A DNA stretch of 60,541 nt from Chara braunii (taxonomy: Eukaryota; Plantae; Charophyceae), in contig BFEA01000004.1 in assembly GCA_003427395.1 (NCBI GenBank), positions 8,975,656-9,036,196 on the forward strand, given 5' to 3'. Under the pieces are notes generated by a model. It was not told where the DNA came from. It saw only the letters and a list, made by a program, of their open reading frames with translations, and made no database searches. Both the position numbers and the translations under genes were made by a program. How positions within the stretch are numbered: the stretch's first letter is position 1; every line of letters begins with the position of its first letter. Shown piece by piece: positions 26,158-39,892 of this stretch.

Positions 26158-29100
26158 CGAAGACATAGTCCCAACTTACACACACATACAAAAAGAGTTG
26201 GCTTATCAAATGGCTGGCATCCGTGTAGCAGACCAAACAGATATGGGTGTATAGTACAGTGTACTACTTGAGGAGAAAAATTGTCACTCACCCATTTCGC
26301 CAGCGTCCATTTTTGCAAGACAGGTTTGCCAAAGCGCCTGACGTGAAATGTTGTGCGTAGTTAAGTAGTCCTCAAGAATCTGGACACATACGCAGACCAC
26401 ATGCAGAGGGAACTCGGACAAATTGAGAACGGCCGATAAAAAAAAGAAAAGAAAAGAAACAGGAAAAAAAAAACCGAAGCCTCCAGGAACTCAGCATACA
26501 CACACACACACACACACAGGGAAAAAAACGTGGTTAGAAATTTAGGAAACTTTTCCTTTTTTTCTTTTTTCAAAAAGGATGGTTAGAAAACGTTATTATT
26601 ATTATTATTATTTTTAACAAAAACAAAGCCCCTTCTATTCTGGGGGGCAACAGTCCGGTTGCTTGTCACCGGCAAGCAAGTTTTTTACATCCAACCGAGA
26701 GGGGGCTGCAAGGAAAATGAGCCTGATCCTCGCAGGGCAAGAGAAGAGACGGAAAAAGAGAAACAGCCCAACCCTTGTGGTAGTTCTAGACGCCTGGCAA
26801 GGGGGGGACTGCTACAGACCACCGGTTCGGAAATGTTTTCATTCTTTGTAGTGTCTTTTTCTTTTTTTCCCTGCATCAGATTTAAGTTTGGAAACGACAA
26901 GGATCGGATTTTTTTTCTCTGAAAAGTGTTTTTTTGTAGTTTTTAGCTTTTTTACATGGATAATTGTAAACACGAAATGAAACAAACGTGTAGTGTTGCG
27001 TACCCTACTACACACCAACATGTCCTTCCTCGCAGATGAAACATAAAGGTATCTTTTTTTTTCCCACTTTAAGAAAAAGACACGTCTTCCCCCCCCCCCC
27101 CTCTTGAAGAGGAATAGGTGCAGGCAGCAACATGAACTTTTATTTTTATTTTTTTTCCCCCTTGAAGGCGGATGATCTCTATTTTTTAGTATTTTCTTCT
27201 CCCCCCGCCCCCTCCCCCCTTTCCTGTTTTCTTTCGCCCAAACGAGAATTAAGCTCAACAACATTTAAGTCTGATTACCATACCATGATGGAATCATCAT
27301 TCCGAAAGCGACCTGAGGGCCTAGTTGCACTACTCGCCACCCGCCAACATTTTGCATGCATCTGCACTCAAATTTGTCCAGATGCATTCTAAATGTCGGC
27401 AGGTGGCGAGTAGTGCAACTAGGCCCTTCTGGAAAATCTTTGCAATGGGACTTTGTGCGATGGTAATCACTACTAACAAGTGTACCATTCTGGCACTCTG
27501 ACAATTCAGGCGGGCCCAAGTACCTGAGCTTCGATCTGATTGCCACCGAAGGCATGGTGCAATTCGCCTGCAGGTTCCCAATCTCGCAACTGTAGAGCAG
27601 CACAGAATAGCAAATGAAAATGAAGTTAATAGTACTTAATACAAATTCAATTTAAAATATATTTTAATTTAATATTACAATTGAATAAACAGCCAAGACT
27701 CAAGAACGTAAAGAACAAAGGCACAGCGACTGTAAAAAATCAGGACCACAAATAAATAAAAATAATAAAATATTACATTATTAAATTATTAAATACGAAT
27801 TATTAGTAACCTGAAAGTGGAAATGCACACCGATATGATGTGATATCCTTATAATAGGACAATCAATCACGGACAAGCAAGAGATTCTTTCCTGAATGCA
27901 TGTGGCCGCAATCAAAGCCAGATTATATTGAAAAGTCCTCGTATGAGTAAGCTCTTGACCAGCGTTCACAGTGTTGAAGAGGCATCACACATCTGAACGT
28001 CGGTTTTTTCAAGTCGAGGCAAGGAAGTCGCTCCCCCCCCCCCAACCAAAACAAACAAAAATCGCTTCGGGCTTCTGATCATCTCTAGAGTCTAAACCAA
28101 TCACTGTGCGCAATTCATTCTTCCTCAGACAATGTGAGTGGAGTGATTTCCCGCTTGGCATTGCATCTCTCGCATATCTTAAAAATAATTTACTTGTATC
28201 CGTTGCACGGGCGTTGTACTCTACGGTAGCACTTTCGTGGAAGGGCCCCACCCTACTCCCTGACCACCGTCGATAATTTAAGTGTGAGAAGTAGCTGTGC
28301 TTGCAGGGGTCCCCTGTATAGGCTTAGGAGTAGTGGTAGGTAGATACTAGATGGTGAACGGTGAAATTGAGAGAAGAATAGAGCTCAGTCAAAAAAAAAA
28401 AAAAAAAGTTCAAAAAATTATGATGGAAGGAAAAATGAGCGATAGCGAAATGACAGAAGTCCAGAATGCAAATTCACACTGAAGGCCAGAAAGTCAAACT
28501 GTCCAGAAAGCAGAAATGCACTGATATTCCAACAACGAAGAACCAAAGTACTGAATCCAAATGTCAATGAGAGCATACTCTCGCCACCACCGACCAACAC
28601 ATGTATCAGAGAGCCCTTCCTCCTACTTGGCGCTCAGCGCCCGGACTACTACTACACAGCTACTTGCAGCCTACAAATGGACAATGCATCCCGTTGACAT
28701 CAGCAGCAACAACCGAAGTGCATGACGATGTCGACCTTGTAGACCATCGCCAAGACCAGGTACGTGTCCTCACATCCTCATCCTCATCTCCTTCTCTCTC
28801 CCTCGTCTTCTCTTACCCACGTCTTCCCTCTCAGCACGAAGACCACCACCACCTCCACTGGCTATGTCCAAGCCGAGCCCCAGCTACGTGGGGCTGGCTA
28901 TGGCGCTGCCCTCAGCAGCGCCCTACATGCTGCACGTCCGCGCGTGCTCGCAGCACCTGCACTGGCGCAGCAAGCAGCCTGTGAGCAATCACTCCAGCAG
29001 CGCTGCTGCCCGCAACTTGAAAGTGCCCGTTCCCTGAGCCCGGCGCCCTGCCCTTTCCTATATGGAAAGTGGCGGGCGCTTTGCCTTCCTTTCCCACGCG

Positions 29101-32100
29101 AGACCGAGTTTTCAGTAGCTTCAGTCTCGGCCAAAGTGTCTGCGCCCAGGCCCGTTCCGACAGTGGCCTGGGACCGAAGTGGTTAGGCATGCCCAACCAC
29201 CGGGGCGCAAGCGTGCGATGCTCCCTGCTTTGACCACGTTGCTGGACTGAGTCTGGAAAGCTCCCGAATATTGTGGATTCTCACGAGCAAGGCAGATGTA
29301 ATCAACTGGCGCGTGGCAACTGTCTGGCGCCGACCAAGATTTGCAAAAAATGACGAGTTCAGGAGCCTGACTTCACTTAGGGTGGGCACATGCTTGATGT
29401 AGGGCCTTATGCGGTTATGCCGAGGGATCAAACCCTCGCAATGAAAAAAAAAAAAAAAAAAAAAACAGAGAAAGATATGTAGTCTAAAACGTTGTTCTGA
29501 ATCTGAACAACTTTTGCCTCAGACAAAGATTGAAATTTGCAACGGATTTTGAGACAAGAATTCAATACCCAGAGGAGGGGGGAGTGGTGGGGGAACATTT
29601 TTCAACGCCATACAAATGTAAGAAGTAAAATCATCCACGGTGTGTGGGTGTTGCACGATGTCCTCGCGTACATGATGCACTGCCACTCAGCTGCGCACTC
29701 CCCGTCCCCTCATCCCCTCCTCCTCTCCTCCCCCCCCCTTTGCACTGGTTTCCAGTAAATGGGGGCGGGGGGGGAACATTTTTGTACGCCATACATATGT
29801 ATAAAAAAAATCATTCATGTTGTGTGGGCGCTGTACAATGTCCTCGGGTACATGATGCACTGCCACTCAGCTGAGCACTCCTCGTCCCCTCGCCCCCTCA
29901 TCCCCTCCTCTCCTCCTTCCCCCCCTCGCACTGGTTTCCAGTAAATGCTACTTTAAAAATAAGCTTTCACTGCTGCGGCAACCAATTTCCTACTAAACAG
30001 GATTCCCTCCCCACCCACATGTGAAACACAGCACCACCACTACCAGAACACCCATCAAAAAACTTGCAGATTTTTGGCAATCAAAGCTTTCTTTTTTTTT
30101 CTATTTTTTTTGTTGAAAATCATGCCGAAGCAGCTGCAGCATCAGAGAGTAAGAGAAAACAAAGGGAAGACGGAGCCAAAGGCTTGAAAGCCGCTCATGA
30201 CCCACCCTCCACGCCCGCTTGTCAGGACAATAGATCAAGATCAGCGAAACCAAGCCACCCAGCTCAGTGACAACAAGCCCACCAAGCTCAGTGAAAAGAA
30301 AAACAAGCAACCCAAACTGCGTAGCAAAGTGTGTGCATAAAGGGGAGAGGAGGGAAAGAAAAGGGGCATTGTGACAGACTGCTGCAATCTGAGGCTGAGG
30401 TTCACCAACTCATCAAGAGATTGAAGTTATCAATGAACCCTTTGGGCACAAAGGGATTAGAGAACAACAAGAAACCAGGGGCTGTGACAGACTGTTTCCT
30501 TGAAGTTTCACCGACTTGCCGTCAGAATGATCCCCCTACAGTCTGCAGAGTCCCGTACCTGATGATATACATCTCTATGTCAATTAAAAGAGATTAACTT
30601 AATGAAGAAAAGAGAAGACTGCATGAGGCACAGGCAAAAACCACTCTTTTGAATCCTTTTTGCCTTTTTCTGTGCAGTCGTTTCTATTCTTTCTACACAC
30701 ACACACACACGTGTATGCATATATATGAATATATATTGTCATAGAGAACTGCGCAGTGAACCAAGGAGCAGAGAGAGCGAGAAGAGGACAACAAACGAGG
30801 GGCTGTGACAGACTGTTTCGTCAGGGTTTCACCGACACATGCGTATATGCTATATTCTTATATTATATGAATAGTGTGATATACATGCATCTATATAGAA
30901 ACAGCGGTTTTGCGTCGTTATTTACAAACCTCCTTGATTTCGACCTCGAGCTCACAACCTGGAGCACCGAGAGGGGACGGAATTCCCTGGGATCGCCAGT
31001 AGTTGTCGCAGAAGAAAGTGTTGCACTGCATACCTGATGCGATCACAGACAATGACGCACAACAAACAAGCTCTCAGTCGGTACACCCGTAAACTGCTGA
31101 AACTTGAAATGCAGAACTGAGTTCGAACTTCGAATCCAATTCCTGAATTAGCTACTACGGCCGGTCAGTTTTCGCGATGATATCTGAAGGCTGTCGCCCT
31201 TTTTTTTTTTTTTTTGACAAAAAAGAAGCAAGTTCCGTGTTGGAAAACAAGGAAACAAGAGAGATTCCAACACAAACAGGCACGAAAAATCATTCACTTA
31301 CTGTTTTTCAACTTTTTCTTGCTCACAAGTTTTCTGTTTTTCGCGCTCACAAGTTACTCGCTCGCTCACAAGTTGCTGTTTTTCCCTCCGGAAAATCCAT
31401 ACGCACATACCCTTCAAACCTGCGTTATAGATCGGGCCGTCCGGGTCACCTTGTTTGACCTGTCCGCCCGACCGGGCAAGAACCAGGGAAGGTCCCTGTT
31501 TAAAATAAAAATAAAAATAAAAAAAATAAAAAAAGTTAAAAAAAACGAAAAAAAAATATGTTGAGCAGAAAAATAAACTGAAATGTTGCCTCAGGGTCGA
31601 GTCAAAATTCTTTGAGAAATAAAAAAATAAAAAATAAATTAAATTTCTTAAACAAATATTTTCTTATTTTTATATTTTTACTGTGCTGGTCCCTGGGCCG
31701 CCTGGCGACCCAGTGGTCGCCGGGGAGGGGCCGGGCCGCCTGGCAGGTTGTTCCGCCCGGTTGGCCACCGGGCGAGGCCAGCGCATCTCAGAAGAGGGGG
31801 GGTTCGGCCTTTCTCGACGCGGGGGGCCTTCTTCCCCCCAAAGGAGGCTGTCCAGGCCATCACAGTGCGAAAGAACTAAGGGCCGGTAGGCCCGATTTCG
31901 AGAATTCGAAATTGTGGCCATCTGCGCCGTCGATCTCCAGGATCGACGGCCCAGATGGGCCACAATTTGGAATTTTCGAAATCGGGCAGGAACCACCGCA
32001 GCCCTTGTCCCCTCCCCCGTCACCTCTCCCGCCCAACGCACACTTCGCCCGACGCCTCAACTCGACAGGAGCTGCGCCAACGCCCGCCAACGCCGCCGAG

Positions 32101-34328
32101 CCGGCCGACGCCCGCCATCACGCTGTCGCGCCAAGGTAAGTCGGTTAGTAGTAGTAGTAGAGAGAGAGAGAGAGATCTTCTTCTTCTTCTTCTTCTTCTT
32201 CGTCGTCGCATCTTTTTCTTCTTCTTCTTCGTCGCATCTTTTTCTTCTTCTTCTTCTTCGTCGCATCTTTTTCTTCTTCTTCTTCTTCTTCTTCTTCTTC
32301 TTCTTCTTCCTCCTCCTCCTCTTCCTCCTCTTCTTCTTTTTCTTCCACATACACACCTGCAAGGTTTGTGACATACCAGCACTGACACCCCCAAGCCCCC
32401 TACCCCCCCCCGAAGTTCACTTTTTTTATTGGAGATTCGGGGTCCTCTAGGGTAGCGCAGCACAACCCCGCATTCAAAAAAAAAAATTAAAAAAATCCTT
32501 GCTGTGTTTTTTCGTCGCCCAGTTTCGCCGGGCAGACCCCCCCGGGCCCAACCAGCCTAGTTTTTTTATTCATTTTTGGCCCGCCCGGGCAGGTGGTCCC
32601 GGACCATTCTGGTAACACAGCTCCAAAGTTCAAACTCGACCAAAATGTCGACAAAAGATAACTGTTGCCTCAGGGCCGGGCCGAAATTTTTTTTTTCCAT
32701 TTTTGGCCCGGCCGGGCAAGTGGTCCCGGGCCATTCTGGCAACACAGCTTCAAACTCGACAAAAATGCCGACAAAAGATTGCTTGGTTGAGGGGAATAAG
32801 TGTCGCAGTCAACATCCATTTCACGCAACGGATTTGGAATGAGAAAAGGTGTCCAGGACATCGGGACTCTGTAAACTTACACACACAAACACTTTTACAT
32901 TGACATGGGTGGAAAACAGAGTGTGAGAAGCAGTGACAAAAACTACTTAACGAGAAAACATTTGAAACTGCAACAGTGAATGCATTACAAAATCAAAGAA
33001 TGGACAAAGGGAAGAACGAATGAAGGAAGAGAGGAGGGACCGAGGGAGGGAGGGAGGGAAAAGGAAGGAAGGAAGGAGAAGGGAGGAATAGGAGAAGAGT
33101 GAAAACATGTTAGACAATAGCACACATACACTTGCAGTGTACTCCTTCGACTTGGCGAATTGGCATCAGCTGCCCGCAGCCTCCGCAGGTAACATGAAGA
33201 GTATGAGCGCTGCAAATGAATCGCCCTTCGCTGTCCTCTGGAAACAAACACCACCATCAACGATGACAACAAAAGAAATTATAAAAAAAAGAAAATTAAA
33301 AATCCAGAGAGGGTAAATACTAACTACTAAATGGAGGTGCACGTCAGCTTTCCAGAGAAAGAAGAAAACATCGTGACTTCCTATATTGATAACACAACTT
33401 CCACCCCCCATAACACGATCATGTCATACCAAAGAGGGGAAAACAAAAAAATCGAAAAAAAGTACCCCACTGAATTGGAAAAATAGCGAAAACAGAACTT
33501 CAAAGACGCATAAGATTTAGTCATGAGCTCAGAAAAAAACTAGAGGCTGTTTTTCTTGAGAATTTCTCAACCAACTTTTCAGTTTTTCTAACTTTTTCCC
33601 GGGGATTTAGTCATGACCAAAGAATAATTTAACTTGTCCCTTTTGCCCGGGGTTACTGGCAGCCGCTGGTAGCAAAGGGACACTGTAAATTATTCTGTGG
33701 CCTGCCAAAACAGCAAGAAAACATCCTGGTCCAGAGGGGTAGCAAACATCCCGGGCCGTCCTTTTCTGTAAACGCGTACCTACTACCTACAACGCTTTTT
33801 TCCCCCTAAAACGGAAAGGATTCACTGCCCCAGTCCCAAGTCCCAGCTTCAATTCCGGTCCCCCAAGTCCCAGTTCCAGTCACAGTCTCATGTACCAGAT
33901 TCCTGCGGCCCATGCAAGTGCCGCAGGTGGGGTCCCATAATAGCATGCAGTCGCAGGTAGGATCCGGCAGGTACGCGTAGGGCTAGAAAAGTCGGTGGAA
34001 GTTGGTAGGCCTTTCGGTCAGTTGGTCACAGTCAGCAGAAAAGTCCCAGGAAAGTCAGGGTTCAGCCCATAGCCCGAAGAACAAGTCCAGAACTGAAGCG
34101 CCGGATGAAAAAGTGCACTTGTTGAGGTCGCCATCACATATTCACTACCGCGCCACTGCGAAAGCGCTGCTGTATTGTTGTGCGCTCAGTTCGACCGCAT
34201 CTTGTGCGCTGCTGCAAGTGTAGTTCACGGGGTAGTTCACAGTGCTGGGCACCCATAGCCGTAGCTAGGTTAGTGAGAGCTTTTCAGAAAGTATTGTGAG
34301 GACTGTGAGTAGGGTCAGCGGGTGTGAG

Positions 34329-34420
<92 letters not shown>

Positions 34421-37400
34421 GAGGGAGCACCTGTGTGTTGTTACCGGCGGCCATTGCTGCCTAGGCTTGAGGAAAACGATCTTGTGTACAAGTGTTGACT
34501 TGCAGATACTATTATTTAGTTCACTTCTCATATGTGCTTCGGGTGTGCTACATCCGGTGTGAGAATCGTGTGAAGTGTGTTGCGCATGGTTACAAATAAA
34601 ACCCTTGTCAAGAGTAATAGGAAACCCTTTCATTATTTCCTAAAAGGGAATGGGTGCAGACATCACCTACGATTCGCGAGCAACTAAGCAAACCATTATT
34701 GATTTGATTCAATTCTAAACATTCAAAACAGATCATCATTCCTTTCAAATTGTAAATGCACAAACTTACTCGTTACACCTGACGAAACAGCAAAACCAAT
34801 CCTGCTGGCTTGTCCTTCCTTACAATTGACACACAGCTCTTTCAATGGGCTCCTCTGCAGTGACTGCACCTTAACATAGCATCTTAAACCTCGAGTACAC
34901 CTGGCCCTGGAGGCACCTTACTGCGCGCCAAGCTTTTCCGAACAGTCAGCGGTGCACCTTTTTTTTTTTTTTTTTGGCTGGCGCCGCCAGCCATTGTGGT
35001 CCGGTAGGCCGAGCCTCCGAAATTTTTGTGGGCGACAAGTTTCATTTTCAGCAAGGCTGGGGCCGTGTACTGGCGATTTAACCCACCAGTGCATTTCCCA
35101 CCCATTCGTCTCCGACGTCGCGTTAACGCAGCTCAACATTTGGGGGCACTGCCAACCGCGCAGCTAAATGGCTGGCGGCTCGTTTTCTTTTGGGCACGCA
35201 GGGTCTTTCTAGGCTCGGCAAGGGAAGGGTCGTAAGCACACAGGGTGGTTTAATTGAATAATTCAGTGTTTACACTGTATCTGGTCGTAACGTTCCACAA
35301 CCATTCCATTGGGTCCAGTTCTTGCGGAGGTCTGACGGTTATAGGGTTATTAGAAAAAAAAAAAAAAAAAGAACCTGCGGTTCCAGGTGCCCGGACTGTA
35401 ACATAGCCACAAAGTGCAAAACAATCTCTTCCCAGCAGTCCTTCGCTCTAACCAACTGAGCTACCTAAACAAAAACAAAATGAAACTATGTTCAATTCAG
35501 AAAAGGTAATTCAAAGATTACCAAGTACAAAGGCACATTTTGGTAAAAACAAAATTAAAAAAATCACCACCAAGCTAGGCTACCAGCCGGGCCGCCCGGG
35601 TCCCGGGTGCCCAGCCCGTGCAAGGACCAGGGAAGGTCCCAGCAAAAAAAAAGAAAAAGAAAAGAACTCCAAAAAATCCCCCAAAAAACTATGTTATGCA
35701 GAAAAATAAACTGAATACCTATTGCCTCAGGGTCACATCGAAATTCTTCACCAAATGTAGAATAAAATATAAATTTTAAAAGTTTTTATTTTTATTTTTA
35801 TTTTTTTTAACAGTTTTGGCCCGGCCGGGCAAGTGACCCCGGGCCACTCTGGTAGCCTAGCCACCAAGCAAAATGAAATAGGAAGCAATTAAAAAATTAT
35901 CTATTTATTAGGGCAATCTGTCTGTTAAAGAAGTAGCAAAAACAAAACGCATTCAAACTGCGAAGGACAGGGTAAAGTAGCCGCGCCTCTCCCTACCTCT
36001 TCCTGGCCAGACAGGCTCGCAGTGACGGCACCTGCAGGGCGCCGGTATTTCCTCAACACTGGAACTAGAGAAGTCTGAGAAAGAAGGCGACCCGGGAGAA
36101 GAACCAAGATCACTCGAGTCCGAATCTCGCACATTCACTTCTGGATCTCGCACATTCGCTTGCTTCCGGAGATCCTTGACAGTCACCTGCAGTGCGCATT
36201 AGTTCAGAAGTTCCGTGACATCTGAGCCCCAAGCCACTCACATTTTCAAGATAATTCTCCATCCATCTGAACCCCGTCCAGCTGAGGCCCGTCCATCTGA
36301 GCCTCTCTATCCAACACCAGGCACCGAGAGGAGAGGATAAAAAGGAAACAAAAGGAAGAACATAGAAATGCCACTGTTCTCACACTTTCTTCTTCTTCTT
36401 CTTCTTCTTCTTCTTCTCCTTCTCCTTCTCCTTCTCCTTCCTCTTCTTCTTCTACTCTTACCATTGCCACTACCAAAACAGCAGCAATAACAACAACAGC
36501 AACAGCTAGAACAATGACAACCACACTACTGCAACCACTACTACTACCACTACTACTTACTAGTACTTCTAGTACTACTACTACGACTACAACTACGACT
36601 ACGACAGTTATCAGCAGCAGGAGCAGCAAGGGAAGGAGAATGGATAAGCAGCAGCATCATTGTCATAAGCACCATCATCATCATCATCGTCATCATCATA
36701 ATTGCCACGTGTTTCCATGCACCTGACACCTAGATGCACTTTACAACAAAAAAAAAAAGAAAAAGAAAAACATCACACCTTGATGCTTGCACTCCTCCCT
36801 AGCCTCACACCTCCCCTGCCTGCCGCCCCCCCGCAGTCTCCACCCCGACGTCCCCCGGCATCAAATACACAGCTGAATTCTGATTTTGCTTCTACTATCG
36901 GGCACAATACAAGCCCGAACCCAGACGCACAAAAGCTAGATTTTTTACCTGCCTTGCTGCGTGGGTCAGGGCTAAGCAGTACAGCCCACGCTGCCTGGAC
37001 CGGTGGGGGGAGGGTTGGATTCACAACTTCACAAAGATAGAAGAAACCCCCCTGTGATTTTTTACCTGCCTGTGCCTGGGCAGGGGGTGGGGGTGGGTGG
37101 GGGGGGTTCACATTTTCATTATTATAAGTTCCCTAACTAACCAACCAACCCTGAAAGTACTCAACGGCCTCGAGCCAGGACCAGCCGAAACCAATTGCAG
37201 CATACTCAACCACTCTATTCAACGACAAATGAAAAGAAAGTAGTTTTGCAACCTTATGTGAAACAATTAAAATATTCCGCTGTGTTACAATCGTGCGGGC
37301 CGGGAACCCTCCAGGTCCGCCCAATACCGGCTTGGTCGATCCAGCACACTGGGGCAAAAAGACAAAAACAGAAGGGCCAACATGGGTGCCCACGGTCATT

Positions 37401-39845
37401 TTCTTAGGACCGTAAATGCTCTTAGGTGTCTGTAATTGTTCGTTTTTGTCTTGTTCCGTTTTACTATCGGTGTTTTTCTTCCGTCTGTCGTTTTTCAGGC
37501 GGGGGTCCGGGGGGCGTGTGATTTGGCTTCTTCCCGTAGGCAGGGCCCGATTTCAAATCGGGGTTCTTTTTTCGCTCTGAGCTGCCCTTTCCCATTCGAC
37601 GTCGGTGATGCACCATCGTCACCCTTCACTATCACTGCCATGCACTGCACTCTCCCTACATGGCCCCTGGTCGCCAACACCGCATGTCGCCTCCTTTGTT
37701 ATACCCCACCCAACACGCAGCATGGTTAGTCCCCCTACTACCTTTCTTTTCCTTTGCCCCCCATCATCTCAACTCCCCCAGTCCTTCCCCCGCACCCCTC
37801 CCCTCCCCCTCTCCCTCACTCCAATCTGCCCCCATAACGTTCTGTGAACTTCTTTTCACAACGAAGTGCAGATTCTGCATGATGTGCATGAGAGCATGCC
37901 AGCCCTGCAATCCGGGAAAAAAAGAACAGAAACAAAAAAAAAAGAAAAAAATTAAAAATCCCTGGGTACTTCCAGCCCGCTTGCCACCCCTTCGGGAATT
38001 CAGCGAATTCATTATTCAGTAATATTCACAGCCATACAGGGAATTCATCATTTTAATTTTTAAGCATCTCTAGGGCAGACATGGCAGTCAGAGAAATTCA
38101 CGTAATTCATCGTGTTTTTGTTTTTAGCCTGGAGTCATAAAAACTTTTAAAAAGTTTTAAAAAAACTACCATCGCACTTTATGTTCTTGCATGTACCTGC
38201 CCACATCCCCAGGGGCCGGAGTTACCTTTAGCAACCAGCGCTGATGCTGGCCAATTAAAACAAAACAAAAAAAAAGACACGTGGCAGAAAGCGGTTGGTT
38301 TGGCAAGATAGGCTCACAGATGTGCCGGTAGTTTTAGATGTCAAAAATTCTCAAAAAGTGAAAAAGACTTGAAAGTTAAAAGCTCTGCATTTAATTTCCT
38401 AAAAGGTTCCATGATGAACTTCTATCACACGAACGTTCATGTGCTCCTTCAATGCATCTCTAGATTCTCTACCATGATCGATGGCACATACGTAGTCATT
38501 TCTTATCAGAGACAGTTTATCGAGCTCAGCTAGGTCCTCCTTGGGTCGCCTCAGGTCTTCACGAGCTTTGAGAAACTCCTGTAGACAAAAAAAAAAAAAA
38601 ACACTGTTAACTGGCTGCTGCCGATAACTCGAGCTAACCAACAAAGCTCAACCCAACCTGAGCACAACCCGGGTCCGCAACACCCACCACACCTCAACCA
38701 AACCCGCTAAAGCACAAACTGCCACCAAGCAAGAAGACCTGAAACCAAGCCAGAACAGAAAACTACAAGTCCATAAAAGAAAACAGAACGAAAAACAAGC
38801 AGACCTGAAGGACCAGCAAAACATTCTCAACTCACATGTCTCCCAACACAAAGTGGTACTTTCGGTGCTTTTTTTTGCTTTTTTTTAAGGTTTTGAGAAC
38901 TTCAGCTCTGCAGTCAAAACTTTCTGGATCACAGGGCACAACAATCACCAGCCAATCAGTTACCAAAAAAATTGAAAAATCTGCGTATCGTGTTTCCACA
39001 GCGGCACAGGAAAACAGAGAGAGACNNNNNNNNNNNNNNNNNNNNNNNNNNNNNNNNNNNNNNNNNNNNNNNNNNNNNNNNNNNNNNNNNNNNNNNNNNN
39101 NNNNNNNNNNNNNNNNNNNNNNNNNNNNNNNNNNNNNNNNNNNNNNNNNNNNNNNNNNNNNNNNNNNNNNNNNNNNNNNNNNNNNNNNNNNNNNNNNNNN
39201 NNNNNNNNNNNNNNNNNNNNNNNNNNNNNNNNNNNNNNNNNNNNNNNNNNNNNNNNNNNNNNNNNNNNNNNNNNNNNNNNNNNNNNNNNNNNNNNNNNNN
39301 NNNNNNNNNNNNNNNNNNNNNNNNNNNNNNNNNNNNNNNNNNNNNNNNNNNNNNNNNNNNNNNNNNNNNNNNNNNNNNNNNNNNNNNNNNNNNNNNNNNN
39401 NNNNNNNNNNNNNNNNNNNNNNNNNNNNNNNNNNNNNNNNNNNNNNNNNNNNNNNNNNNNNNNNNNNNNNNNNNNNNNNNNNNNNNNNNNNNNNNNNNNN
39501 NNNNNNNNNNNNNNNNNNNNNNNNNNNNNNNNNNNNNNNNNNNNNNNNNNNNNNNNNNNNNNNNNNNNNNNNNNNNNNNNNNNNNNNNNNNNNNNNNNNN
39601 NNNNNNNNNNNNNNNNNNNNNNNNNNNNNNNNNNNNNNNNNNNNNNNNNNNNNNNNNNNNNNNNNNNNNNNNNNNNNNNNNNNNNNNNNNNNNNNNNNNN
39701 NNNNNNNNNNNNNNNNNNNNNNNNNNNNNNNNNNNNNNNNNNNNNNNNNNNNNNNNNNNNNNNNNNNNNNNNNNNNNNNNNNNNNNNNNNNNNNNNNNNN
39801 NNNNNNNNNNNNNNNNNNNNNNNNNNNNNNNNNNNNNNNNNNNNN

Positions 39846-39892
<47 letters not shown>

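Noticed and set aside
36237-36310. Extra CHFR exon upstream of 36186
   Set aside because: The open frame ends in phase 2 at the gtgagt donor, which is incompatible with the phase 0 neighbours.
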